A stretch of 64,000 nt of DNA, from assembly GCA_964440805.1 (NCBI GenBank), contig CAYTTR010000009.1, positions 1,658 to 65,657 on the forward strand, given 5' to 3'. Source of the stretch: an uncultured Eubacteriales bacterium (GTDB lineage: Bacteria > Acidobacteriota > Aminicenantia > Aminicenantales > Aminicenantaceae). Under the pieces are notes generated by a model that did no database searches, had not been told where the DNA came from, and saw only the letters and a list, made by a program, of their open reading frames with translations. Position 1 is the stretch's first letter, and the number at the start of each line of letters is the position of its first letter. Shown here piece after piece: positions 49,413 through 57,863 of the stretch. Made by a program: the position numbers and the translations under genes.

Positions 49413-50753
49413 ATGGACAAACTCTTTGGAACTGATGGAATAAGAGCTGTGGCAGGAACTTTTCCCCTTGATTACAATTCTGTTTACGCTCTGGGAAGAG
49501 GGCTGGTCAGACTTCTTCAAAAAGAAGGTCTTTCTCCTTTCATCCTTATTGGTAGAGACACCAGAGAATCAGGGATTTGGCTGGAAGAGGCTTTACTTCA
49601 AGGAATAGCCGATGAAGGCGGATCCGCTGAATCGGCCGGAGTTATTCCCACCTCAGCTATTTCTCTTTTAACCAAAGATGAATCTTTTTCAGTGGGAGTA
49701 GTTATTTCTGCTTCCCATAATCCCTATGAAGATAATGGTATTAAAATATTCTCCGGTAAGGGAATAAAAATTCCATCTTCATGGGAAAAATATCTAGAGG
49801 GATACATGCGGAAATTCTCTGGAAAAGGCCAACCCAGAAACATTTTTCCCCCCAACTCTTCCCGGTTTACCCAAAATTACCTAAATTTTCTAAAAAGCCG
49901 TTTTTCTCCTGCTCAATCCATAAAACATATGAAAATAGTCTGTGATTGTGCCAACGGCTCTTCCTCAAATTATTCTGCCCGGTTATTTTCCGAACTGGGT
50001 TTTGAAGTAATCCCAATCTGTAATAATCCTGATGGAAAAAATATAAACCATCTCTGCGGTTCTCTCCACCCCCAAAAACTTGTCCAAACTGTTCTGGAGA
50101 ACAAGGCTGATTTAGGAATTGCTTATGACGGGGATGCTGATAGAGCCATCTGGGTAGACGAAACAGGAAAAATTCTCAACGGTGATCATACTTTATATAT
50201 TTTATCAGGTTATCTAAAAGAAACCAAACGGCTTAAATCAGATTTCATTGTCGCTACTGTCATGAGCAACCTGGGTTTGGAAACTGCTTTGAAGGAAAAA
50301 GATTTGAAGCTCTTGCGGACTCAGGTTGGCGACAAATTTGTCCTTGAAGCAATGCTGGAAATCGGAGCTAATCTTGGGGGTGAACGTTCCGGCCATACCA
50401 TTCTTCTCGATGAATGCCCAACTGGAGACGGCCTGCTCACCAGCCTGAAAATTCTGGAGGCTATGCTTTATTACAATTCTCCCCTGTCCCAGCTTGTTAA
50501 CAGCTATCTGGAATACCCTCAACTTCTCACAAATATCAAAGCTCAAAGGAGAGTAGATCTCCAAAGCATTCCGGAGTTCAGAAAAGTCTTCCAGGAAATC
50601 ACCGGTAAACTGGGAAACAATGGACGGCTCCATATCCGTTTCTCCGGAACAGAACCGGTTGTTCGTATCATGATTGAGGGACAGGATTTAAATGAAATCA
50701 CCAATTATGCCGAACTTATGAAGACAACGCTTGAAAAATATCTGGATAGTTGA
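49413..50753 (+). CDS. glmM: phosphoglucosamine mutase GlmM
   Basis: 446 aa; LFGTDGIRAVAG and catalytic phosphoserine loop SASHNP. Confidence 0.9.
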   Translation: MDKLFGTDGIRAVAGTFPLDYNSVYALGRGLVRLLQKEGLSPFILIGRDTRESGIWLEEALLQGIADEGGSAESAGVIPTSAISLLTKDESFSVGVVISASHNPYEDNGIKIFSGKGIKIPSSWEKYLEGYMRKFSGKGQPRNIFPPNSSRFTQNYLNFLKSRFSPAQSIKHMKIVCDCANGSSSNYSARLFSELGFEVIPICNNPDGKNINHLCGSLHPQKLVQTVLENKADLGIAYDGDADRAIWVDETGKILNGDHTLYILSGYLKETKRLKSDFIVATVMSNLGLETALKEKDLKLLRTQVGDKFVLEAMLEIGANLGGERSGHTILLDECPTGDGLLTSLKILEAMLYYNSPLSQLVNSYLEYPQLLTNIKAQRRVDLQSIPEFRKVFQEITGKLGNNGRLHIRFSGTEPVVRIMIEGQDLNEITNYAELMKTTLEKYLDS

Positions 50754-50799
50754 AGCAGATAGAAATATGAAATGAATTTCCTTTGACTGAGGAGGAAAA

Positions 50800-51510
50800 A
50801 TGAGACTTTCGGTTAATATTGACCATTTTGCTACTCTCCGGGAAGCAAGAAAAAGCAATGAACCTGAGCCGGTTCTGGCAGCCCTTCTTGCTGAACAGGC
50901 CGGGGCAGGAGGAATCGTTTGCCATATACGGGAGGATCGTCGTCACATCAAGGAACGGGATCTTCATCTTTTAAGGAAAACTGTAAAAACACAGCTCAAC
51001 GTGGAAATGGCTGCCACCAAAGAGATGAAGAAAATCGCCTTAGATATAAAACCTGACACTGTCACTCTTGTCCCTGAGAAAGAAAACGAATTGACCACTG
51101 AAGGCGGCCTGGACGTTTTGACTCATTTTGAGAATCTGAAATCCCATATCCAAGAACTTCGTCAGGCTGGCATAAGAGTCAGTATATTTGTCGACCCAGA
51201 TTTAAAACAAGTGGAAGCTTGTCATCAGGCCGGAGTAGATCTGATTGAAATTAACACCTCTGCTTATGCCGAAGCCAAAAGTGAGAAAAGCCGGCAAGAG
51301 GCGCTGGAAGTAATTAAAGAAATATCCTGTAAGGGACACAATGTTGGCCTGGAAATTCATGCCGGACACGGTCTTGATTATAGAAATATTTCTCCTTTGG
51401 CTGACATCCAGGAAATAACCGGTTTTAGTATAGGTTTTGCTATAGTAGCCCGTTCGGCCATCGTAGGGATAGAGATAGCAGTAAGAGAAATGGTCAACCA
51501 GGTGGAGTAA
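50800..51510 (+). CDS. pdxJ: pyridoxine 5'-phosphate synthase PdxJ
   Basis: 236 aa; LSVNIDHFATLR, HIREDRRHI motifs. Confidence 0.9.
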   Translation: MRLSVNIDHFATLREARKSNEPEPVLAALLAEQAGAGGIVCHIREDRRHIKERDLHLLRKTVKTQLNVEMAATKEMKKIALDIKPDTVTLVPEKENELTTEGGLDVLTHFENLKSHIQELRQAGIRVSIFVDPDLKQVEACHQAGVDLIEINTSAYAEAKSEKSRQEALEVIKEISCKGHNVGLEIHAGHGLDYRNISPLADIQEITGFSIGFAIVARSAIVGIEIAVREMVNQVE

Positions 51511-51514
51511 TTTA

Positions 51515-52744
51515 ATGGAAGACTTCGGAATCAATTTTGAACGCCTGAAAAAAGATATCTGTGAACTCGGTGAAATAGGCTGCAATCAAGAAGGAGGCAT
51601 AAGCCGGCCTTCTTTCAGCCGGGCTGACCTTAAAGCCAGAGACTGGTTTAAAAAGAAAATCCAGGAAGCTGGTTTGATTTTAAGGGAAGACGGAGCAGGA
51701 AATATTTTCGGCCGGATTGAAGGCAAGGGGAAAACGGTTATGACCGGCTCTCATCTGGATACTGTAGTAAATGGAGGCAAATTTGACGGGTCAGCAGGAG
51801 TTCTGGCTGGCTTGGAATGCCTGCGCATAATTAAAGAAGAAAATATCTCCATATCAAAACCTATTGAAGTGGCTTCTTTCACTGATGAAGAGGGAAATCT
51901 GACCGGTGATTTCCTGGGAAGCAGAGCTTTCACTGGAACATTAAACAAGGAGCAACTTCAAAATGGCAGAACACAGTTCGGCCTTCCTTTAAGCGAAATC
52001 CTGAAAAACACTCCATTTACTCTGGAAAGTATTCTTGAATCCGACAAAGACCGGCCGGAAATTGAAGCCTTTCTGGAACTTCACATTGAACAGGGAGATG
52101 TTCTGGAATCAGAAGGAAAATCCATTGGGATTGTCGATCGATTTGCCGGCAAACAAGACTGGGCTTGTGCCTTTATTGGGGAGGCTTCCCATGCAGGAAC
52201 AACTCCATTTGAGCTGAGGCATGACGCTTTTCTGGGGCTGGCTGATTTAGCCTTAAAAGCCACCCATTACGTAGCGAAAAATCACTATGGGAGCCTGCTT
52301 ACTGTTGGCCAGGCAAAAACCTTCCCCGGCAACTTTTCAACCATTCCCGGCCGGGTAGAATTCACTCTCGATTTCAGATCCACTTCTCCCGAAAGCCTCC
52401 AGCAAATCTCTTCCTATATCCAGGAAACCGCTCATTCCATTGCTCAGACACGGGGTTTGTCTTTTCAATTCAAAATAGTTGATCAGACAGAACCGATGGA
52501 AATTCCTTTTTCTATTGCCACCTTACTGGGGAAAAAATGTGACCAACTCGGTTATGAATATATGAGGCTTCCCAGCCGGGCCGGTCATGATGCTCAAATA
52601 CTGTCTCAGATAACCAAGTCAGGATTAATATTTATTCCTTGCCAGGATGGAATAAGTCATTCTCCGGCAGAAAATATTCTATGGGAGGATCTGGAAAAAG
52701 GCTCTACTCTTCTACTAAAATCTCTTCTGCCGCTTGCTTCCTGA
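51515..52744 (+). CDS. M20-family Zn-dependent amidohydrolase (allantoate amidohydrolase / N-carbamoyl-L-amino-acid hydrolase family)
   Basis: 409 aa; GSHLDTVVNGGKFDGSAGV, FTDEEG, metal ligands typical of hydantoinase/carbamoylase-family amidases. Confidence 0.7.
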   Translation: MEDFGINFERLKKDICELGEIGCNQEGGISRPSFSRADLKARDWFKKKIQEAGLILREDGAGNIFGRIEGKGKTVMTGSHLDTVVNGGKFDGSAGVLAGLECLRIIKEENISISKPIEVASFTDEEGNLTGDFLGSRAFTGTLNKEQLQNGRTQFGLPLSEILKNTPFTLESILESDKDRPEIEAFLELHIEQGDVLESEGKSIGIVDRFAGKQDWACAFIGEASHAGTTPFELRHDAFLGLADLALKATHYVAKNHYGSLLTVGQAKTFPGNFSTIPGRVEFTLDFRSTSPESLQQISSYIQETAHSIAQTRGLSFQFKIVDQTEPMEIPFSIATLLGKKCDQLGYEYMRLPSRAGHDAQILSQITKSGLIFIPCQDGISHSPAENILWEDLEKGSTLLLKSLLPLAS

Positions 52745-52763
52745 ATCATTTTGTTCAGAAGCC

Positions 52764-53183
52764 TTACATATCTTCAGGGTCTGGCTTAAAACGCCGGGCT
52801 TCTTTTTTCTGGCTACGCTTTCTTTTTTCCTCGAGCATTTTCAACTGGGCTCTTCTTGATCTCTTTCTTTTCTGTCTTCTTATTTTGGCTATTTTTTTCT
52901 GTTCCTCGCTTTTTTTCCCCCGAATCAAGGTTTCAATTTTGTCTACCAGAATTCTTCTGGCCAGAAATCTATTAAGTGCCTGAGAGCGTTCTTCCTGGCA
53001 TTTTACTTCAATCTGAGTAGGGACGTGCTTGAGATAAACACAGGTTTCTACTTTATTTACTCTTTGCCCCCCCTTCCCGCTTGATCGAACAAACTTTTCC
53101 TCAATGTCTTTCTCAAAAACATTCAATTCCTCCATTTTTTTCCGGAGGGCTTTCTCTTTTCTGGGGCTTACTTTAAAAATCAA
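52764..53183 (-). CDS. arfB: alternative ribosome-rescue factor ArfB-like peptidyl-tRNA hydrolase (GGQ protein)
   Basis: 139 aa; RF-1-type GGQ loop (SSGKGGQRVNKVET) and a Lys/Arg-rich C-terminal tail. Confidence 0.7.
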   Translation of the reverse strand: MIFKVSPRKEKALRKKMEELNVFEKDIEEKFVRSSGKGGQRVNKVETCVYLKHVPTQIEVKCQEERSQALNRFLARRILVDKIETLIRGKKSEEQKKIAKIRRQKRKRSRRAQLKMLEEKRKRSQKKEARRFKPDPEDM

Positions 53184-53288
53184 TTCTCAGTACATATATA
53201 TGTGATGATACTACAGGCAAGGAATGATCCAGAGAGTTTTCTTTTCTTTTTACCCGCCAACAGAAACTGTTCAAATCATTAATGATTA

Positions 53289-54116
53289 TCAAACTGACTT
53301 CTTCTTGTTTTCCGAGACTAAAAACTTGCCGCAGTTCTCACAAATATAAATATCATTACTTCCTTCTATGGCGGAACTCATGCTGGTAGCCAGATTTATA
53401 TTACAACTTTGACATACTCCATCAATAACTTCAGCTACCGCATATCCATAGCGTTCCATAAGCCTGTCGAAGCGGTCGAGAAGGGAAGCATCCAGTTCCA
53501 TTCTGATTATTCCAGCTTGTTTTTTCAGCTTCTCTTTCTCTCCCTCTGAGGCATTCTTCAAGGCCATTTCGAGTTCTTGGAGCTTCCAGAGGAGACCTGC
53601 CCGGTGGATAATTTTATCATCCTGTCGAGGAAGAAAAAGGGTTATTTCAGAAAGGACATCGTGCAGCTCTTTCTGATTACTGGCAGAAAAAAGTCTCTTG
53701 CGAAAATCCGGCCTTCTTAGGAACTGGGCTAATCCAGCAAAAAGATGATTAAAAAGTCCCGGAATAGTTGGGTTCCAGATAATCATAATTATCAGATGGA
53801 CTTTTTTCTTATCAATGGAATCAAAATCTATTCCCTCAGTCGAACGGCCGACAACCACTTGAATATCCTCTCCAGCGTCTACCCTGGCATGGGGGAGAGC
53901 CACATGATGTCCAATGGCTGTTGATTCCAATCTTTCCCGGTCACAAAGCCGGGTCAGAAGAAGCTTTTTGTTTTTGATCAATCCCTGGCTGGCTAAGACT
54001 TCCAGTAATTCATCAAAAGCCTGGATTTTATCATTTGCCTTAAGATTGTAAATAATTTGGGACGGTTTCAAAAAGTCGGAAAAATGAGAACTACTTAAAA
54101 GGTTTCGCTTTTCCAT
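53289..54116 (-). CDS. PTS EIIA(Ntr)/PtsN-like domain fused to C-terminal coiled-coil C4 zinc ribbon
   Basis: N-terminal PTS_EIIA_2 domain with phosphorylatable His region (IGHHVALPHARV). C-terminal ~100 aa with CQSC...CENC, resembling PF02591-type zinc-ribbon proteins. Confidence 0.55.
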   Translation of the reverse strand: MEKRNLLSSSHFSDFLKPSQIIYNLKANDKIQAFDELLEVLASQGLIKNKKLLLTRLCDRERLESTAIGHHVALPHARVDAGEDIQVVVGRSTEGIDFDSIDKKKVHLIIMIIWNPTIPGLFNHLFAGLAQFLRRPDFRKRLFSASNQKELHDVLSEITLFLPRQDDKIIHRAGLLWKLQELEMALKNASEGEKEKLKKQAGIIRMELDASLLDRFDRLMERYGYAVAEVIDGVCQSCNINLATSMSSAIEGSNDIYICENCGKFLVSENKKKSV

Positions 54117-54271
54117 TAACTAATTATTTTAACACAAAATATAGCTGCGATTAAAGAAAATTTTAATTAACCTCTTTTTTTTCTGAACAACCCGAGATAC
54201 AAAATAGATTGGAGAATTTTCTGTTAGTGCAATATAATAACAAAAGTGGGATAAAAAAGTAGGAGAAAGTT

Positions 54272-54856
54272 ATGGAAGAAATTTTAGCCAAAATTTCTTT
54301 AAGCCAATTAGCTCTCATACCGGCTCTTATCTGCCTGATCTTGTTTTTCAGAGCCCTTTTCTCTAAGGGAAACTCTTATTTTCTCAAACCGTTTTTATTG
54401 CTTCTTGTATTTTTTGCCCTTTTCATTTTTCTCAATGAGCAAGATTACGGAAAACAGACTCTTCTTGAACTCAAAGAAAAACACTTCCCCAAAAAAATTC
54501 TTCCTCTGAACTACACTGTTAACCAAGTTTCTTCTGGAGGATTACAAAAAAAAATATATATTTTCAACGACCCTAGACCCAAAATAACTTTGGTTGCCAT
54601 GGAAGGGGGGAAGTATTTTGTCATGAAAAAAGTTGATGCTCTCAATGCAGTACTCCGCAAACTAAAACTCCCTCCGGTCAAAGAGGGAGTGGCGGAATTA
54701 GCCACTGTTACAGGCTCAACTCTTGATACCGCAAAATTCCGCTGGGAACGTTACAATGGAGGAACATTAACTGTAATCAAGGAACTCTGCCGGGACAAAG
54801 ATGCTCTTACTTTTTACCATTGCATCACTTCCATCATTGTGGAAAACATTTATTAA
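54272..54856 (+). CDS. hypothetical membrane-anchored protein
   Basis: 194 aa; two N-terminal TM helices plus a soluble domain; no family recognised. Confidence 0.35.
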   Translation: MEEILAKISLSQLALIPALICLILFFRALFSKGNSYFLKPFLLLLVFFALFIFLNEQDYGKQTLLELKEKHFPKKILPLNYTVNQVSSGGLQKKIYIFNDPRPKITLVAMEGGKYFVMKKVDALNAVLRKLKLPPVKEGVAELATVTGSTLDTAKFRWERYNGGTLTVIKELCRDKDALTFYHCITSIIVENIY

Positions 54857-55027
54857 CCTGTATTATTGGGAAATCAAGATATACGTAACCCATTTCAGAA
54901 AACCAATACATATTTCTGACTTGCAAGCCTTTTATTATAAAATAGCTTGAAAATAATGAATCTTGCCTATTGGGTCTGTTCAGATAAATAAAAGAAAAGA
55001 GGCGGAATGAGTGAGGAAAGCAACCGG

Positions 55028-56164
55028 TTATGAAGAAGAGTGTTTTTTTGGCCAAAAGCTTGCTGCCAAAATAAGCAGGACCAAGGCCAAATAAAAACCG
55101 CTTATCATCTTGAAGAAAGTCCCCCTATAAAGTATTCTTTTAAAGAGAAGACTCTCACCCGGACGAGGTAGAGGGAGCGGGTCCCATAATAATCCGTATT
55201 GCCGGCAAAGACCTTTAATATAAAGAAGATGAATCACCGGAATCCCCTGCTCCATCATTGAAAAAATCATTCCCTTTCGCAGAGAAGCAGTCGGTATGTC
55301 CGGCTCAACCAAGCCCGGTTTAATTTCAAGCACGGCCGAGTCTGTTCCCAGATTGGCATAACTCCCCCCGATATTTACAAAAGCCTTAATCCCGTCGGGG
55401 TTTTTTGAAAAATAACGGTAAAGCCTCAGCCTTTCTTGAATATTTCTCTTCAGATCAGGCTCCTGGATAAAAGGGATTTCGCTCTTTTTTATTTCTTCCA
55501 GGAGAAAAGCCTTTCCTTCTTCACTTATACCCCCCGCCGTATCTTTTTCTCCTCCTAATGAGACCGCCACCGGTTCGAAATCAAAGATTCCGGCTTTTCT
55601 CAGACAGGAATAAATTTTCAACCAATTCATTTCCGGGATATTGGCTCCCCACTGCGATGCTCCCAGTGAATATATCGATAAGGGTTTGACTTTCATGGCT
55701 TTGGCCGCTGATAAAACCGCTAAAATCAATGAAGGAAAGGAAGCAGAAGCACCTATAACCACTTCGTCCCCGGCTGTCACTCCGGCCCGGTGAAAAAGAT
55801 AGACCATAAGAGCGGCGAAATTGGGATTGGAGGTTGTTCTTTTTGCCTCCAACTGGCCGAGTGTGGTAGTGATTGAAGAATGCTTGATTCCGATGATTCC
55901 GGTTAAATTGGGATCAACCTCTGGTTCCAAAGGAATCTCCTTTATAATCCGGCATTTCTTAACAGACTCCAAGGCTTCAGCCATGGTCAAAGCAGCCAAC
56001 CGCATTTCTTTGGCCAGTTTTTCCTGTCTCTCCCCAGGAAAAAAATAAACCCAGAAAATAAAAAAAATGCTCAAAACAAAGACAATACTCAGGTGAATTT
56101 TTCTTCTGCTGTCTTCTTTACAAGAACAGATGATTCTCCTCCGGAAAACATTAAATTTTCTCAT
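55028..56164 (-). CDS. poly-gamma-glutamate system accessory membrane protein (PgsA/CapA-replacing family)
   Basis: 378 aa; N-terminal TM anchor; no CapA metallophosphatase motifs; placement directly downstream of pgsB-pgsC, as in lineages lacking CapA. Confidence 0.45.
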   Translation of the reverse strand: MRKFNVFRRRIICSCKEDSRRKIHLSIVFVLSIFFIFWVYFFPGERQEKLAKEMRLAALTMAEALESVKKCRIIKEIPLEPEVDPNLTGIIGIKHSSITTTLGQLEAKRTTSNPNFAALMVYLFHRAGVTAGDEVVIGASASFPSLILAVLSAAKAMKVKPLSIYSLGASQWGANIPEMNWLKIYSCLRKAGIFDFEPVAVSLGGEKDTAGGISEEGKAFLLEEIKKSEIPFIQEPDLKRNIQERLRLYRYFSKNPDGIKAFVNIGGSYANLGTDSAVLEIKPGLVEPDIPTASLRKGMIFSMMEQGIPVIHLLYIKGLCRQYGLLWDPLPLPRPGESLLFKRILYRGTFFKMISGFYLALVLLILAASFWPKKHSSS

Positions 56165-56168
56165 AGAA

Positions 56169-56606
56169 TTATCCCATTCTGAAAAGAAGACGAATCAGGA
56201 CAAAAGTAATTGAAGAGGCAGAAACCAAGGCGGCAAGGGTAGGAAGAATTTTTTGCCTGGAAAGATTATTAGCCAGAAGTCCTGGAATAATCCAGCCAAT
56301 GGCCTTGAACTCCGGATCAACCGGAAAATATTTCGGAGCAAACAATGAAAAAAGCACTCCCCAGAAAATTCCAAGAAGAAGGAACATAATGAACCTTCTT
56401 TTTCCAAAAAGAATCAGATAATTTTCAAAGAGACGGTAACAAAACAGGCTCAAAAATGATATCACCAAAGTAGCCAGGCACTTCTCTGGCTGGTCAAGAT
56501 AATAGGCGAAATACACCGGAACAATGAGTCCGCCGGGATATATATTAAAAATCTCCGAGAAAAGAAGAGCCACCAGCAGCCCTGTTATCAGCGTTTCAAG
56601 GATCAC
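56169..56606 (-). CDS. pgsC: poly-gamma-glutamate biosynthesis membrane protein PgsC/CapC
   Basis: 145 aa, 4-5 TM helices; LVALLFSEIFNIYPGGLIVPVYFA...FGKRRF matches the CapC family; overlaps pgsB by 11 nt. Confidence 0.75.
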   Translation of the reverse strand: MILETLITGLLVALLFSEIFNIYPGGLIVPVYFAYYLDQPEKCLATLVISFLSLFCYRLFENYLILFGKRRFIMFLLLGIFWGVLFSLFAPKYFPVDPEFKAIGWIIPGLLANNLSRQKILPTLAALVSASSITFVLIRLLFRMG

Positions 56607-57801
56607 GTTTTTCTCCTTTTTCTTCCCAGAAATCTACCATCTCTCTTCCCAGGCCACCGATATTCCCCAGTCCAACCAGAATGCCAGCTTCTTTCTCCTT
56701 CGAAAAGATGGTTTCAAGGATATGCTGCGCCCTCATGGATTTTAAAACCACCATCTTTCCCTTAAAGAAGGAGGCCGTCTTTCTATGAAACACATTGGCT
56801 TGTTTTCCTATTAAATAAATTGATTTAATTTCCGGGAAAAGGTTTTTTCTCAAAGCTTCTATCCATTGATAAGTCCGGTCTCCCCGGTCTGGCCTGAGGC
56901 TTAAAAGACCGCTTATTTTTCTGCCTTCACTCCAGCTTGTTTGCTTTATCCGGTCAAAAATAAGGCGGGTTGACTCCGGGTCATTGGCAGCAAAAATACT
57001 GACACAAAGCCAGGGTTCAAGAGAAGGGCTAACTTTCAACCACCAGGCCTTCAATGCCCCGAAATCAGGAGAATAGGACATCATTCCCCGCCGGATTACT
57101 TCAGACTCGATTCCCAGCAAACCTGTCACAGCCTCTGAGAGCCTGATGTTTTCTTCAAACATGAAGCCAGGGTTGATTTTCTCCCGAAAAAAATTCACTT
57201 GATTTACCTCTGGGCTTACCTGTATAAGGTGTGATTTCTTCCGGAAAGCTGCCTCTTTAAAAACAGAATAACATTCCTCCTGAGGAATGACCACGGTGGA
57301 TTTCCAGGGTATAGCCAGAGAAAGGGAAGAGGCTATTTTCTCCATGGTTTCACCTTGCTGAGGAATATGATCAAGACGGACATTAGTAATCACCAGATAA
57401 TGAGGCTTAAAAATCTGACATGATTCCATCTGAAGACACTCAGGATGAATGCTCATCAATTCACAGATTGAAGCCTTAGCTCCTGATTGAGAACAATGCT
57501 TGAGGAACCTTTTGACCTCCAGTATAGAAGGCAGGCCTCGCCGCTTTATTTCCTCTTCCTTTCCGTCCGGATATATTATAACCGGCTTAGAACCGGTTAT
57601 TTTGGCCATAGGCGAAAAACCGGCCTCTCTCAGAATAGAAGTAATCATCCTGGTCACAGTGGATTTTCCTCTTGAACCAGTGACTGCAATCCGTAAAGGA
57701 ATGGAATTCTTCCTGCGGGAAAGAAAATATTTTTCTCCCCAAAGGTAAAGGCAGTATATTCCAATGCCTGTTGATGAAAGCAGTAACTCACTCCAGTACA
57801 T
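56596..57801 (-). CDS. pgsB: poly-gamma-glutamate synthase PgsB/CapB (Mur-ligase-family amide ligase)
   Basis: 401 aa; N-terminal TM; Mur ligase P-loop VTGSRGKSTVTRMI. Confidence 0.8.
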   Translation of the reverse strand: MYWSELLLSSTGIGIYCLYLWGEKYFLSRRKNSIPLRIAVTGSRGKSTVTRMITSILREAGFSPMAKITGSKPVIIYPDGKEEEIKRRGLPSILEVKRFLKHCSQSGAKASICELMSIHPECLQMESCQIFKPHYLVITNVRLDHIPQQGETMEKIASSLSLAIPWKSTVVIPQEECYSVFKEAAFRKKSHLIQVSPEVNQVNFFREKINPGFMFEENIRLSEAVTGLLGIESEVIRRGMMSYSPDFGALKAWWLKVSPSLEPWLCVSIFAANDPESTRLIFDRIKQTSWSEGRKISGLLSLRPDRGDRTYQWIEALRKNLFPEIKSIYLIGKQANVFHRKTASFFKGKMVVLKSMRAQHILETIFSKEKEAGILVGLGNIGGLGREMVDFWEEKGEKRDP

Positions 57802-57863
57802 TAAACCTGGCTCGTGCCCTGAAAATTTAGGCGGTTTAAATCCTTCTCTGAATTAACCCCGAT

